DNA of 64,000 nucleotides from Selaginella moellendorffii. Its lineage: Eukaryota > Plantae > Lycopodiophyta. Below the pieces are notes generated by a model. It was not told the origin of the DNA and made no database searches. It saw only the letters and a list, made by a program, of their open reading frames with translations. Positions 12,496 to 28,729 of this stretch are shown here, piece by piece. A program made the position numbers and the translations under genes. The first letter of the stretch is position 1. Every line of letters begins with the position of its first letter. Location: the NCBI RefSeq assembly GCF_000143415.4, contig NW_003314305.1:619709-683708 (forward strand), written 5' to 3'.

Positions 12496-12621
12496 CTTCT
12501 TCCAGCTCGAGAGAGATCGAGCGAGTTTTCCATCTTTGTTTCCAATGCGGCTTCTAGAACAATTTTGTGAGTGAGAGTGAGTTCCAATAAAAAAAATACA
12601 AAAAATTCGGTTTTTCTTTTT

Positions 12622-13406
12622 TCATCCTCGCTCTAGCCTGTGGAAAAAGTAGGACTTTACTTGCACGCCAAGAAAAAAACCAGATAGGAACTTACTTAAA
12701 AATTTCTTGGACAGATTTGACAATCTCCGTGGAGTTAGTCTCCACAACTTGGCCTCCCATCACTATTTCATCAAGAACAGTGTTTACCTGGAAGTGGTAA
12801 AAAAAAGAGTAAGATCACAAACAGAGAAAAAATGGATGATCACACCTTGTTGAAGTTAAATACAATGTCGAGTTCACAGACGTTCTTAAAGATGCTATCC
12901 AAAGTCTCCACAAAAACTATAGTTTTTCCGAGTGAATGAAACGGGATCTTCGAAGTAACAAAGTGTTACCTTGTATAAGATCGAGAATTCCCAGCTCGCT
13001 CTCTCCACTATCGATCACAAACACGAAATAGAGCGTCGCGAAATGCTTGTAAACTAGCTTCGTCCTCTGTCCAAGATCTTAGCTCTCCCTTCAAAAGAAA
13101 ATAAAGGAGGAGAGAAATGAAAACTTACAGCTCCAAAGATCTCATCCGCCTCGACAAAGTTACAAAAATGCTCCGCTCTGCTAGACAAACCTTCCCAAGA
13201 AAAACCATCACAAACCTCCAAGGCACGCTAAAGAAAATCTTACCAGAGTAGACCTTCCTCACAATCTCTTGCTGCTTCACTGGACTCTAAAAATTCCATC
13301 GATCGATCAGCAAGCGCTAGAAAAAACCAAATCCTACCAGCGATTTGTAAAACTTGGCGAGCCGCGGCTTCCCCTGCGTGTTCATCACGAGCACGGCATC
13401 AATCAT
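12622..13406 (-). CDS. AP3S: AP-3 complex subunit sigma (many micro-exons, absent from ORF track)
   Basis: Spliced translation [20 protein letters not shown].../[101 protein letters not shown]...LERG*. Confidence 0.9.
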
Positions 13407-13480
13407 CGCTCTTGTCTGCCCTAATTTGCCCCTTTGCCCTAAATATCAACGGTCATGGGTTCGAATCTTGGGAACTTCCA

Positions 13481-13504
13481 ATGCCGGCTGACAGTTCAGC
13501 CGGC
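13481..13504. promoter_or_regulatory. Conserved 18-bp tubulin upstream motif ATGCCGGCTGACAGTTCA (also at 15373-15390 and 17681-17698)
   Basis: Identical 18-mer about 215-260 bp upstream of all three TUA starts although TUA1 flanks are otherwise unrelated. At TUA1 it forms the inverted repeat GCCGGCTG-acagtt-CAGCCGGC. Confidence 0.55.
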
Positions 13505-13606
13505 CTTCCACTTCAGCTGAACATGGCGGTTATTTGACGGCGGTTAAAATCGTGACGCTGGGCGCGGGGGATTCTTAGCGCCATTCTCCCGATCACAAAA
13601 CCATAG

Positions 13607-19870
<6,264 letters not shown>

Positions 19871-20127
19871 CCGGCCTCCCGCTGATTTTTAAAAGTTTGA
19901 ATTCACATATATTGTTTTTCAAATTTTAAGAAGATTCGTTTAGGGCGATGCCGATTCTTTTCTTCGGCCCCGGCTCGATTCCAGTGAGCCCGGTTTTAGA
20001 GATTTTTAGGGTTCTAGCGCTGGAGGAAGGTCGCCGGGCGCTGGCGCCGTGGAATGTAAGCCGGAGCTGGGATCGCCGCATTGGTATTATGCTAGATCGC
20101 CGCGCAGGTGATCGGTAGATCCACGCA

Positions 20128-23100
20128 ATGGCGCTCAACATGAAGAGCCTGACGCAGGCGCTTGCCAAGACCGCCGCGGTGATCGAGAAGCACGTCCAGA
20201 GCACCGTCCAGGAGGTGACCGGGCCCAAGCCGCTCCAGGATTACGAGCTGGTTGAGCAGATCGGGTCGGGAGGTCCGGCCCTTGCGTGGAAGCTCTACTC
20301 GGGACGGCCAAGGAACAAGGCCGAGCACGCTCACAATCCTGAGGTCTGTGTGTGGGTTCTAGATAAGAAGCTCTTGTCGGAGACGAGGCAGAGGATTGGA
20401 ATCACCAAGGCGGCAGAGGATGCGTTTCTAGAGGTTGTGAGGGCTGATGCGGGGCAGATGCTCAAATTGAGGCATCCGGGAGTTCTTCGAGTGGTCCAGG
20501 CGCTGGACGAGAGCAAGACGGCAATGGCGATGGTGACGGAACCAATCTTTGCGGCGGTCGCGAATGTTCTTGGCAACTTGGAAAACGTTTCAAAGACACC
20601 TAAAGAGCTCAGAGGCTTGGTACGTATGCTGTTTCTTCTATAAGTGAAAAAGAGTAAATCTTCTTTGCAGGAGCTTGGGCTCTTGGAGATCAAACACGGA
20701 CTGCTCCAGCTAACGGAAACTCTGAGTTTCTTGCACAACAATGCGCAGCTTGTTCACAGAGCCATATCACCCGAGGTAGGCTGTGCATCACAGCAGCTTC
20801 TCATCAATTAATTCGGTTTTCTTCCGCAGTCAGTTTTTATCACATCCAGTGGATCCTGGAAGTTCGGCGGGTTTGGATTCGCAGCGACTGTAGAACAAAC
20901 TGCTGCTGAAGCTGGGGCGGGAGCATCTTTTCTCTATCCAGTACGTGTAACTCATACCAGTTTGCGTGAGAAGTGCTCATTGAGTATCCGTGTCTTCAGG
21001 AGTATGATGTGGACGAAGTTGTGATGCCTCTGCAACCACCATTGAATTATACCGCGCCAGAGCTAACGCGAAGTAATGGGAACCCGGGATCATGTTCTGA
21101 CATTTTCAGTTTGGGATGCCTTATATACCATCTCCTGTCTCGTGAACCTTTGGTGCTGTGCAAGAACAATCTAAGAGCGGTAAGGCCTCCAAGCATTGGC
21201 AGGTGATGTGAATGTCTAATCCATATGCTCTGCAGTACAAGGCCAAGGTACAGTATCTGGCTAGTGCAAGCTTTTCAAAGATTCCTCCCGAGCTTGTACA
21301 TGATTTGAAACGTATGCTGAGCCCGGCAGAGCTTTCCAGACCAACTGCCTCAGAATTCACTGGTACGCGTAGGTTTTTCTTGATAACCGTGATACCGATT
21401 TTTTCTCTCTGTTATTCATCAAGGTTCCCCATTCTTCCGAGAAGATACAAGACTGAGAGCACTAAGATTTTTGGATCATATGCTTGTAAGTTACTGCTAC
21501 TGTTTCGAAGAAATAACCAACTGGGATGGTTATAGGAACGAGACAACATCCAGAAATCTGACTTCTTAAAAGCGCTTTCAGGCATGTGGACGGAATTCGA
21601 TCCTCGTGTGCTCCGTTACAAGGTTTGCAGTCATACCCACGTGCGAATCCATGTTTTACTAACAGTTTGTAAGCCAGGTATTGCCGCCGCTTTGTTTGGA
21701 GCTGAGAAATGTGGTCATGCTTCCGATGGTGCTGCCAATGGTTCTTACAATTGCCGAGTCTCAGGTCTGTTTCCTTTTTTTTTTCCTATGTTGTAAAAGT
21801 ATATATATCGAGTTCACCTAGGGAGCTTAGTATACTGCTGCAGGAAAAGGCTGATTTTGAATCCTCGACTCTTCCAGCATTGCTCCCTGTCTTGAGCTCA
21901 GCAACTGGCGAATCTCTTTTATTGCTGGTTAAACATGCTGCGTTATTGATAAATAAGGTACAAGGTACTCTTGTGCACTTTTAAAGGTCTTTTGCCTTAA
22001 GCTTGTTCTTTTCACTTGTTCCAGGTTACCTCAGAACATCTATCGACGAGTGTTGTTCCAATGCTCGTTCGGGCATACGATGATCCAGATGCGAGGATGC
22101 AAGAGGAAGTGTTAAAACGTACAATTGGCATTGCGAAACAAATAGATTATCAGGTGGGTGTGTCAGCATCTCTTCTGGTAACCTCGTCACACTGGCTTGC
22201 AGATTCTTAAGCAGTCGATCTTACCCAGAATACACGGCCTGGCTTTGAAGACAACAATAGCTGCGGTAAGACTTTATGGTTTCTTTGAATTTTTCTTTTT
22301 CACACCGTGTTCCTTTCTGCAGGTTCGCGTAAATGCACTTTTGTGTCTGGGTGAGCTTGTCCCTCGACTGGATAAAAACTCATTCAAAGAAGTTTTACAA
22401 ACATTGCAACGATGTACCGCTGTGGATCATTCTGCTCCAACTCTAATGTGCACCCTGGGGGTTGCCGATGCCAGTTACAAACAAGTACTGTCTTGTTTCT
22501 TGCAAAGTTTACTGGACTCACTGCCTTGTCACAGTTTGGCGTGGAATTTGCTGCCGAACATTTGTTACCACTCTTGACACCACTATTGACGGCTCAACAG
22601 CTCAATCTCCAGCAATTCACGAAGTACATGCAGTTTGTGAAAGAAATATTGAGGTTCGCCAATCATTTCAATGCTATTCTAGGGACCCGCAGTTGATAAC
22701 AAGCTTCCTTTTCGGCAGGGAAATTGAAGAGAAGCGGGGACTCAAGGATGGCGAGGCAGCCAAAGAAGGGATCAGTATGAACGGAGGGCCCGCGTCAACC
22801 AAGGGAAACAGCTGGGACGCGGACTACTGGAGCTCGGGAGTTTCCAAAACGCAGGCGATTTCTTCGGCCACAAAATCTGAGCAAGTTGCCGCCATCTTCT
22901 CTTCCGCGACAACAACACCAGCAGAGAGTTCCATTTTCTCATCCACGACAAAGCCAGAGAAGCCTGTCTCGCCAGACTTTTCTACTCCAAATGCCAGGCC
23001 TCTCAACGAGAGAACTCCGACGCCAACAATTTCAGGGGGCATGCCTCTGGACTGGGAGTGGCCACCGAAAGCAGGCACAGGCACGGTTGGAGCTAGCACC

Positions 23101-23481
23101 ACTCAAAGCTTCTCGTCCGGGGCACCAGACGTGAGCAGTTCCTTTGGAGACGATTTCGATCCATTCGCAGATTGGCCTCCGCGAAACAGCTCTGGCAACG
23201 CGGTATACGGAGTGGCTTCCTCCCTGAGCAGCAGCAGCAGCATCAGCAGCATCAGCATCAACAACAACAAGAATCACAACAACAACGGCATTGCTACCAA
23301 GCTGGACGATTTCTTCTCGTCGCCAGGCCAGTCTCAGCCGCCACTCAAGCTCGCGCCACCGCCACCTCCAGCAGCATCGTCAGGGATGAGGGGCCGAGGA
23401 AGGAGTTCTCATTCTCTTCGCGGCGGCATTGGTGCTAACTCGAGAGCCTCGTTGAAGCAGCAACAGGATTTGTTGCAATAG
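20128..23481 (+). CDS. SCYL2: SCY1-like protein 2 (pseudokinase, HEAT repeats, disordered C-tail)
   Basis: [107 protein letters not shown]. Confidence 0.93.
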
Positions 23482-23720
23482 CAGGTCGCTTCTTTGAAAC
23501 TTGCGGAAAAAGTTTGACCTGTTTGTCCAAGAACTAAGAACCCTAAAAACAGAGATCAACGGTGAGGATTTGCCATGTGCTACACTATATAATGTTAACT
23601 TCTCCGCTTCTAGGTTTAGGTCGGCGCTTGGAAGGTGGCGCGGCAGGGCCAGTGCATCCAAGGTATGATCGCGCCGCGTTTTCGCTACTCCTTCTCGTGC
23701 CGCGTTTTCGCTACCAGGCA

Positions 23721-24687
23721 ATGGCGACATCCGAAGAGAAGCCCGAGGAGGAGGCTCCTCCTGTTCCCGGTCCCGACGAGATCGTGGTGCTTATCCAGTA
23801 CACGGAGAAAGATCTCACATTCGCTCATCTGGCCAAGAAGAGTGCGAAGGCTCATGATGTGATTGCTGCTTGTGCAGTCAAGGCTGCGAACATGATCTCA
23901 GCGGCTACTGGCATTGACCGGAAGGACCTCACACTGTACCCACCAGGTATGTAGTCCTTGCGAGATCACACACATTGGTAACTTCATTTTTCTATTGTTT
24001 TTTTCAGCTTTCCTCAATGCGGACAGGACTGTGAGCCAGTGGGCTGCGATTGCCCGTCCTCCTACTCTCATTGTTTCAACGTTGAAGAAGAAGGGCCTTG
24101 TTGCCCAGAAGGAGAGTCTCAGCAAGCAGTACAATGCTTCTCTTGATTTTGTGACCTCGCAGCTCAAGAATGCAGAGGACGCAAAGAAGGATGTAGAGGA
24201 CGCAAAGAAGGATCTGGAGGGCAAGTTAGAGACCAAAAACAGGCAGCTGGCCACTCAGCTGCAAACTAAGAACAGGCAGCTGGCCGAGAAGACCACACAC
24301 GTCAACAATCTCGAGAACCGGGTCGAGCAACTTCGTCAGGACTTTCAAGCAGCCATGAGCCAGCAAACCCGCGAGATCCAAGCTTTGAGGGTGGATAGCC
24401 AGGTTTTGACCCGGAAGGTTGAGGTTCTGACCCAGCAGAATGAGGTTCTGACCCGGAAGGTTGAGGTTCTGACCCGGAAGGTTGAGGTTCTGACCGAGCA
24501 GAATGAGGAGCTCAAGCAGCAGAGCTTACTGCTCTCTACAGTGACTCAGCAGGGCAGGGCTCTTGCTGATGCAAATCAGGTTCTCACAAATGAGAACCAG
24601 GCAACACGTGCTGAGGTGGCAGCCTTGATGAGCAGGGTGAACAAGCTGGAGACATACATCTATGGTGCTGATCGTGTCCTTCAGTAG
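23721..24687 (+). CDS. Uncharacterised coiled-coil protein (2 exons) with 21-bp EVLTRKV/EVLTQQN heptad repeats
   Basis: ATG at 23721, GT-AG intron at about 23948-24008, long heptad region, tandem 21-mers gaggttctgacccggaaggtt at about 24400-24510. Confidence 0.65.
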
Positions 24688-24819
24688 CGGTTCTTTGGGC
24701 TAGAGGTGGGTTGGCTAGACCGTTTATTTCTTTTTGGGCAGTGGCAGATAAACGGTGGGACTTTTGATGATGTAAATTTCGATCGATCGCGAGTTTAATC
24801 TTTTGGTTGTGCAAAAGTA

Positions 24820-25105
24820 ATCTCCTTTCTCCAGCATCTCCGCCAGCTGCTTCTCGCCCTCGTACACGTTGGGGATGCTGAAGACGATGTTGTCCCGAGT
24901 GACAAGGGCTGCCAGCCGAGTCTAGTGAAGCCACAACCTCGGGCTTTGCAAGGCCGGGTGCGATGGTGGTGACGATCCTCGCCAATCCTTCTTCAATGCC
25001 GTGAAAAGAGTATGTACGTGAAGCCATTCTCGTCCTCTGTCTTCCGAAAGAGCTGGATCGCCTGTCCGTCCTGGCAGTAGCCATTTTGCACGCGGCTCTC
25101 CTCCA
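24820..25105 (-). pseudogene. Decayed fragment of the P-class PPR gene
   Basis: ctccagcatctccgccagc.gcttctcgccctcgta and agagctggatcgcctg..cctggcagtagccatt match about 27505-27895, with deletions. Confidence 0.8.
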
Positions 25106-25279
25106 AGACCTCCAACTCGAGAAGAACAGTCACTGGTGCACACACGTCAACTCTTTGGAATTAAGTCATCTTTTCCTTCCCTTGAGAACTTTGCAAGCCT
25201 TTTGCACACCTGTAAAAACTTAAAGAATACAACCATAACCAGATCCATATTTTATATACCTCTCTTTTTCACGCCTTCC

Positions 25280-25990
25280 ACGAATGGCTTGTACGCCTTG
25301 ATGGCTGCCTCGCACAGAGCGTAAAATCCAAAACGCGAACTCTTGCCAAGACATCGGTCAAGGTTTCACACGAGATAACTTTCCCTTTGCCATGTCCACC
25401 TCGACTCAAAGCATGAACTTTCACGATCCAGATGCTCGTCTCGGCTTGCGACATTGTAAACTGCAAGTTTTGCTTGTCTTGGCGGCCTTTGTTTGCTTTG
25501 CTATAAGTCTTCCTTGCAGATTCGGGATGCTATGAGATTTGTTGAGGTGGTTTCGAATGAACCCGAAAAAGATGTGGTGGCGCACACTTTTGTCCAGCTT
25601 AGCAACTCACTTCAGCACATTTTCCAGCACCTCTCACAGTCTCGGTCGCGACTTTTCACCTTACTCTGACCTTGTAACCCAACAGCTCATGGATGCAAAG
25701 GGAGTGGCGAAGAAAGAGTTGGAAGGCGAGCTGAGCACGAAAACTATTTAGCTCGAATGACTTCAACAGTCGGCAAGGACAATTTCGAGTAGTGGCTGAC
25801 AGTATGAACCAGAAGCAGGAGATTGAAGGCTTTCAGTAACCAGGTTGAAGCGATAAGTGAGCATATCAAGATGATCAAACAGGAGAATGAGGAGATCAAA
25901 CAACAGAATGAGAATCTCAAGCATCTTACTCGCAAGATTCATGTCCTAAGTGAGCAATGTCAACGAGAGTGAGAAGCAGGAGAAGGAAAC
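25280..25990 (+). pseudogene. Degenerate paralog of the coiled-coil gene
   Basis: YSDLVTQQLMDAKGVAKKELEGELSTK and IKQENEEIKQQNENLKHLTRKI resemble LDFVTSQLKNAEDAKKDLEGKLETK / LTEQNEELKQQ, interrupted by stops and frameshifts. Confidence 0.55.
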
Positions 25991-26147
25991 CTGAGTAGCT
26001 TAAGTTATGTTGCTATTTTCTCTTCATTGATATGTAGCAATGCATTTCTATCTTCTTAAGCAAAGCTGTTTGGCAATCCTCCAGCAATTTGCTTTTCTCA
26101 CAGCCTTATTCGTGACAGCTTTCTGCTACACATGAGATTAGAAACGA

Positions 26148-26318
26148 TTACGGTCGCTTGTAGAACCCAGAAGCGGGAACTTCCAAATGAGGAACCTTGA
26201 TCACTCCGTACACCATCTTCGTCTCTTGGGCCATGGGGCGCATTGCAACACCATGAAAAGCAACATTAAGAACCACAACCAAGATTGCGACCACTATGAT
26301 CTGCAGCTTCTTCATCAT
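26148..26318 (-). CDS. Candidate small secreted peptide precursor (56 aa), IDA/PIP-like
   Basis: MMKK followed by a long hydrophobic stretch and GVA|MRP (signal-peptide-like); C-terminus YGVIKVPHLEVPASGFYKRP; TATA box and W-boxes upstream. Confidence 0.65.
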   Translation of the reverse strand: MMKKLQIIVVAILVVVLNVAFHGVAMRPMAQETKMVYGVIKVPHLEVPASGFYKRP

Positions 26319-26362
26319 GGTGAATGAATCCTCCTCCTTGCGAATGAATGAAGACACTCACA

Positions 26363-26502
26363 TTTTTTATAGGGACTAGTTTTGCTGTGTGTACGAAAGT
26401 AAATGTGCATGACTTACTTGTTTGACTGACTAAGTCGTAGTCAAAGACACTGTTCTAGTTAGTCAAACACCAGAGTCTAGTCCACGACACTGCTTCAGTC
26501 AA
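26363..26502 (-). promoter_or_regulatory. TATA box plus four perfect W-boxes (TTGACT) upstream of the peptide gene
   Basis: TATAAAAAA on the minus strand at 26371-26363. TTGACT/AGTCAA at 26422, 26439, 26461 and 26497. Confidence 0.65.
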
Positions 26503-26542
26503 ACTTTCAGTGTAACAACATCTAACCCAAGCAAAAAGAACT

Positions 26543-28684
26543 TTAAGAAGAAAAATTCCTGTTATTTCTTCGTTTCTTTCGTGCCTCGAGCTCTCTGATC
26601 ACGTCACCGATCAAGTCGTCAGGCACAAATCCACTATCGATCATCTCCCTGAGAGCTTCTTCCGCGTCATCTTCAGCTTCTTCTTCGCTTTTCTCTTCTC
26701 GATACTGGTGCTTGCAAAGCCCGTCGACGATCGTAGCACACATCTCGCTGCTGGGAATGAATCCCAGCGAGATGAGCTGCTTGAACAGCTCGTGCCCCTG
26801 GAAGATCTTCCCGGCCTTGCACAGCGCCTCCACCAAGATCTCGTAAGAGTTCACGTCGGGGATCCGGCCGCTCTCGATCATCTCCTGGAACAAGTCCTTG
26901 GCATCGCCCAGCCGTCCCTCGCCGCACAAGCGCTCCAAAAGAATGTTGTAAGTGGAGACGCTCGGGAGGAGCTCCTGCTGCTGCGAGGATTTCATCTCCT
27001 CGTACAACCCCCGGGCCTCGTCCACCATCTTCATCTTGCACAGCATCTCGATCACGCACGAGAGATCCACGGACGTGTAGCCAGCCGCTCGCATCTCCTT
27101 CACCAGCTCCAGCGCCTCGACAGCGTTTTTCCTCCGGCAGAGCTCCCTCAACAAAGTCGCATACGAGCACTGCAGAGGTCTGGAGCCTCTGGAAGCCATC
27201 GTCTTGAGTAGCCGGACGCCATCTTCCACCTTGTCCCCCACCACAATCCTCTTGACGAGCTGGTTGATAGATCCCGCCGATGGCAGCGGCAAGTCCCTGT
27301 CCACGAACTCGTCGACGAGCTCCAGAGCCTGCGCTACTTCTCCCCGTTTCGTGAAAGAGTCCAGCATCACCGACGCGATGACAGCATCCGGCTTGCACCC
27401 TTGCTCCATCATCCTCCGGAAGAGCCGATAAGCGTCGCCGTATCGACCAGCCTTGTCCAGGCAATCGACGAGCGAGCTGAAGCACACAACGTCCGGCTGG
27501 AGCTTCTTCTCCAGCATCTCCGCCAGCAGCTTCTCGCCCTCGTAGATCTTCCCGACTTTGCAGAACGCGTTGATGAGGATACTATAGACGACGTTGTCCG
27601 GTGAGCAAGACTTCTGGATCATCTCCTTCTTCACCACCATCGCATCGTCGACTCTCCCGGCCTTGCACAGCCCGAGAATGTACGTGCAGTACGTGACTAG
27701 ATTCGGCTCGCAGCCCTTCTCCTTCATCTCCAAAAACATCTCCCTCATCTCCTCCACTCCATCCTTCTTCTTCAATCCCGTGAGAAGAACGTTGTAAGCG
27801 TACGTGTTTGGAGGACAACCATACTCGCCCTCCATCTTCCGGAAGAGCTGGATCGCCTGCTCCATCTTCCCTCCATCCTGGCAGTAGCCATTCAAGATCC
27901 CAATGCATGACCCCAGCGGCGGCGCCACCTTCCTCCGGATCATCTCCTCGAAGAGCTCCACGGCCTCGTCAAAGTATCCATACTTCGCGAGGCCGCAAAC
28001 AATGTAGCTATAGCTCGAGGCCTTGGCAGTGAATCCTCGAGCATGGATCTCTTGGAAGAGATCGAAGGCCTCTTTCACCCTGTGATCCCTTCCCAGGCCC
28101 TCGATGAGCATGAGATACGTCGCGAGCTCCGGCACGACGTTCCTCTTTTGCATTTCGCGAAGCACACCAATCGCGTCGATGGATCGCTTGCCGCGGCAGA
28201 GGCCCATCATGACGCAGAGATAGGTGGCGAGATTGGCCGTGGTGGAGGCCGGGAGATCGCGCAAGAGCTTCACGGCGGCATCGAGATCCCCGGCCTGGAC
28301 GTAGGCGTTAGCGAGGATTCCATAGCTGGAGGCATCGGGCGGGGCGAGACTCTTGAGCTGGGAGTCGAAAATCCCGTGCGCTTCCCTGTGGCGGCCGTTC
28401 TTGATCAGCGCCACGAGCAGCGCGTTGCAGGCCTGGAATCCATGGCGAAATCCGGGCAGGCCGGACGCCCACGCGAAGCATTGGAGCGCGGCATTGGCGC
28501 TGGGAGACCTCTCGAGCGCCTTGCCCAGCGAGAAGGCGCTGGGCACAAAATCCAGCCCCCGTAGCGACGCATCTGGATCCCTGCTCGACAATGCCGCCAG
28601 CAGCGCCGCGCAGTGCTGCGAACCCTCGGGCGCTGCCGCCGACCTGGAGAGAACCGCGAGCGATCGCAATCCCCTTCTCAGCAT
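26543..28684 (-). CDS. P-class pentatricopeptide repeat protein (713 aa), probably mitochondrial
   Basis: Intronless; tandem 35-aa repeats (e.g. PNLVTYCTYILGLCKAGRVDDAMVVKKEMIQKSCSPD); MLRRGLRSLAVLSRS presequence. Confidence 0.93.
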   Translation of the reverse strand: MLRRGLRSLAVLSRSAAAPEGSQHCAALLAALSSRDPDASLRGLDFVPSAFSLGKALERSPSANAALQCFAWASGLPGFRHGFQACNALLVALIKNGRHREAHGIFDSQLKSLAPPDASSYGILANAYVQAGDLDAAVKLLRDLPASTTANLATYLCVMMGLCRGKRSIDAIGVLREMQKRNVVPELATYLMLIEGLGRDHRVKEAFDLFQEIHARGFTAKASSYSYIVCGLAKYGYFDEAVELFEEMIRRKVAPPLGSCIGILNGYCQDGGKMEQAIQLFRKMEGEYGCPPNTYAYNVLLTGLKKKDGVEEMREMFLEMKEKGCEPNLVTYCTYILGLCKAGRVDDAMVVKKEMIQKSCSPDNVVYSILINAFCKVGKIYEGEKLLAEMLEKKLQPDVVCFSSLVDCLDKAGRYGDAYRLFRRMMEQGCKPDAVIASVMLDSFTKRGEVAQALELVDEFVDRDLPLPSAGSINQLVKRIVVGDKVEDGVRLLKTMASRGSRPLQCSYATLLRELCRRKNAVEALELVKEMRAAGYTSVDLSCVIEMLCKMKMVDEARGLYEEMKSSQQQELLPSVSTYNILLERLCGEGRLGDAKDLFQEMIESGRIPDVNSYEILVEALCKAGKIFQGHELFKQLISLGFIPSSEMCATIVDGLCKHQYREEKSEEEAEDDAEEALREMIDSGFVPDDLIGDVIRELEARKKRRNNRNFSS

Positions 28685-28729
28685 TTCCCCAAATATCTTC
28701 GCGACCCCCAGAAGAACCCTAAAATCCCG

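Noticed and set aside
28613-28729. N-terminal extension of the first PLS PPR shown in the ORF track
   Set aside because: Starts at a non-ATG codon inside the opposite gene; the paralog begins at the equivalent MD(K/R).ECL.
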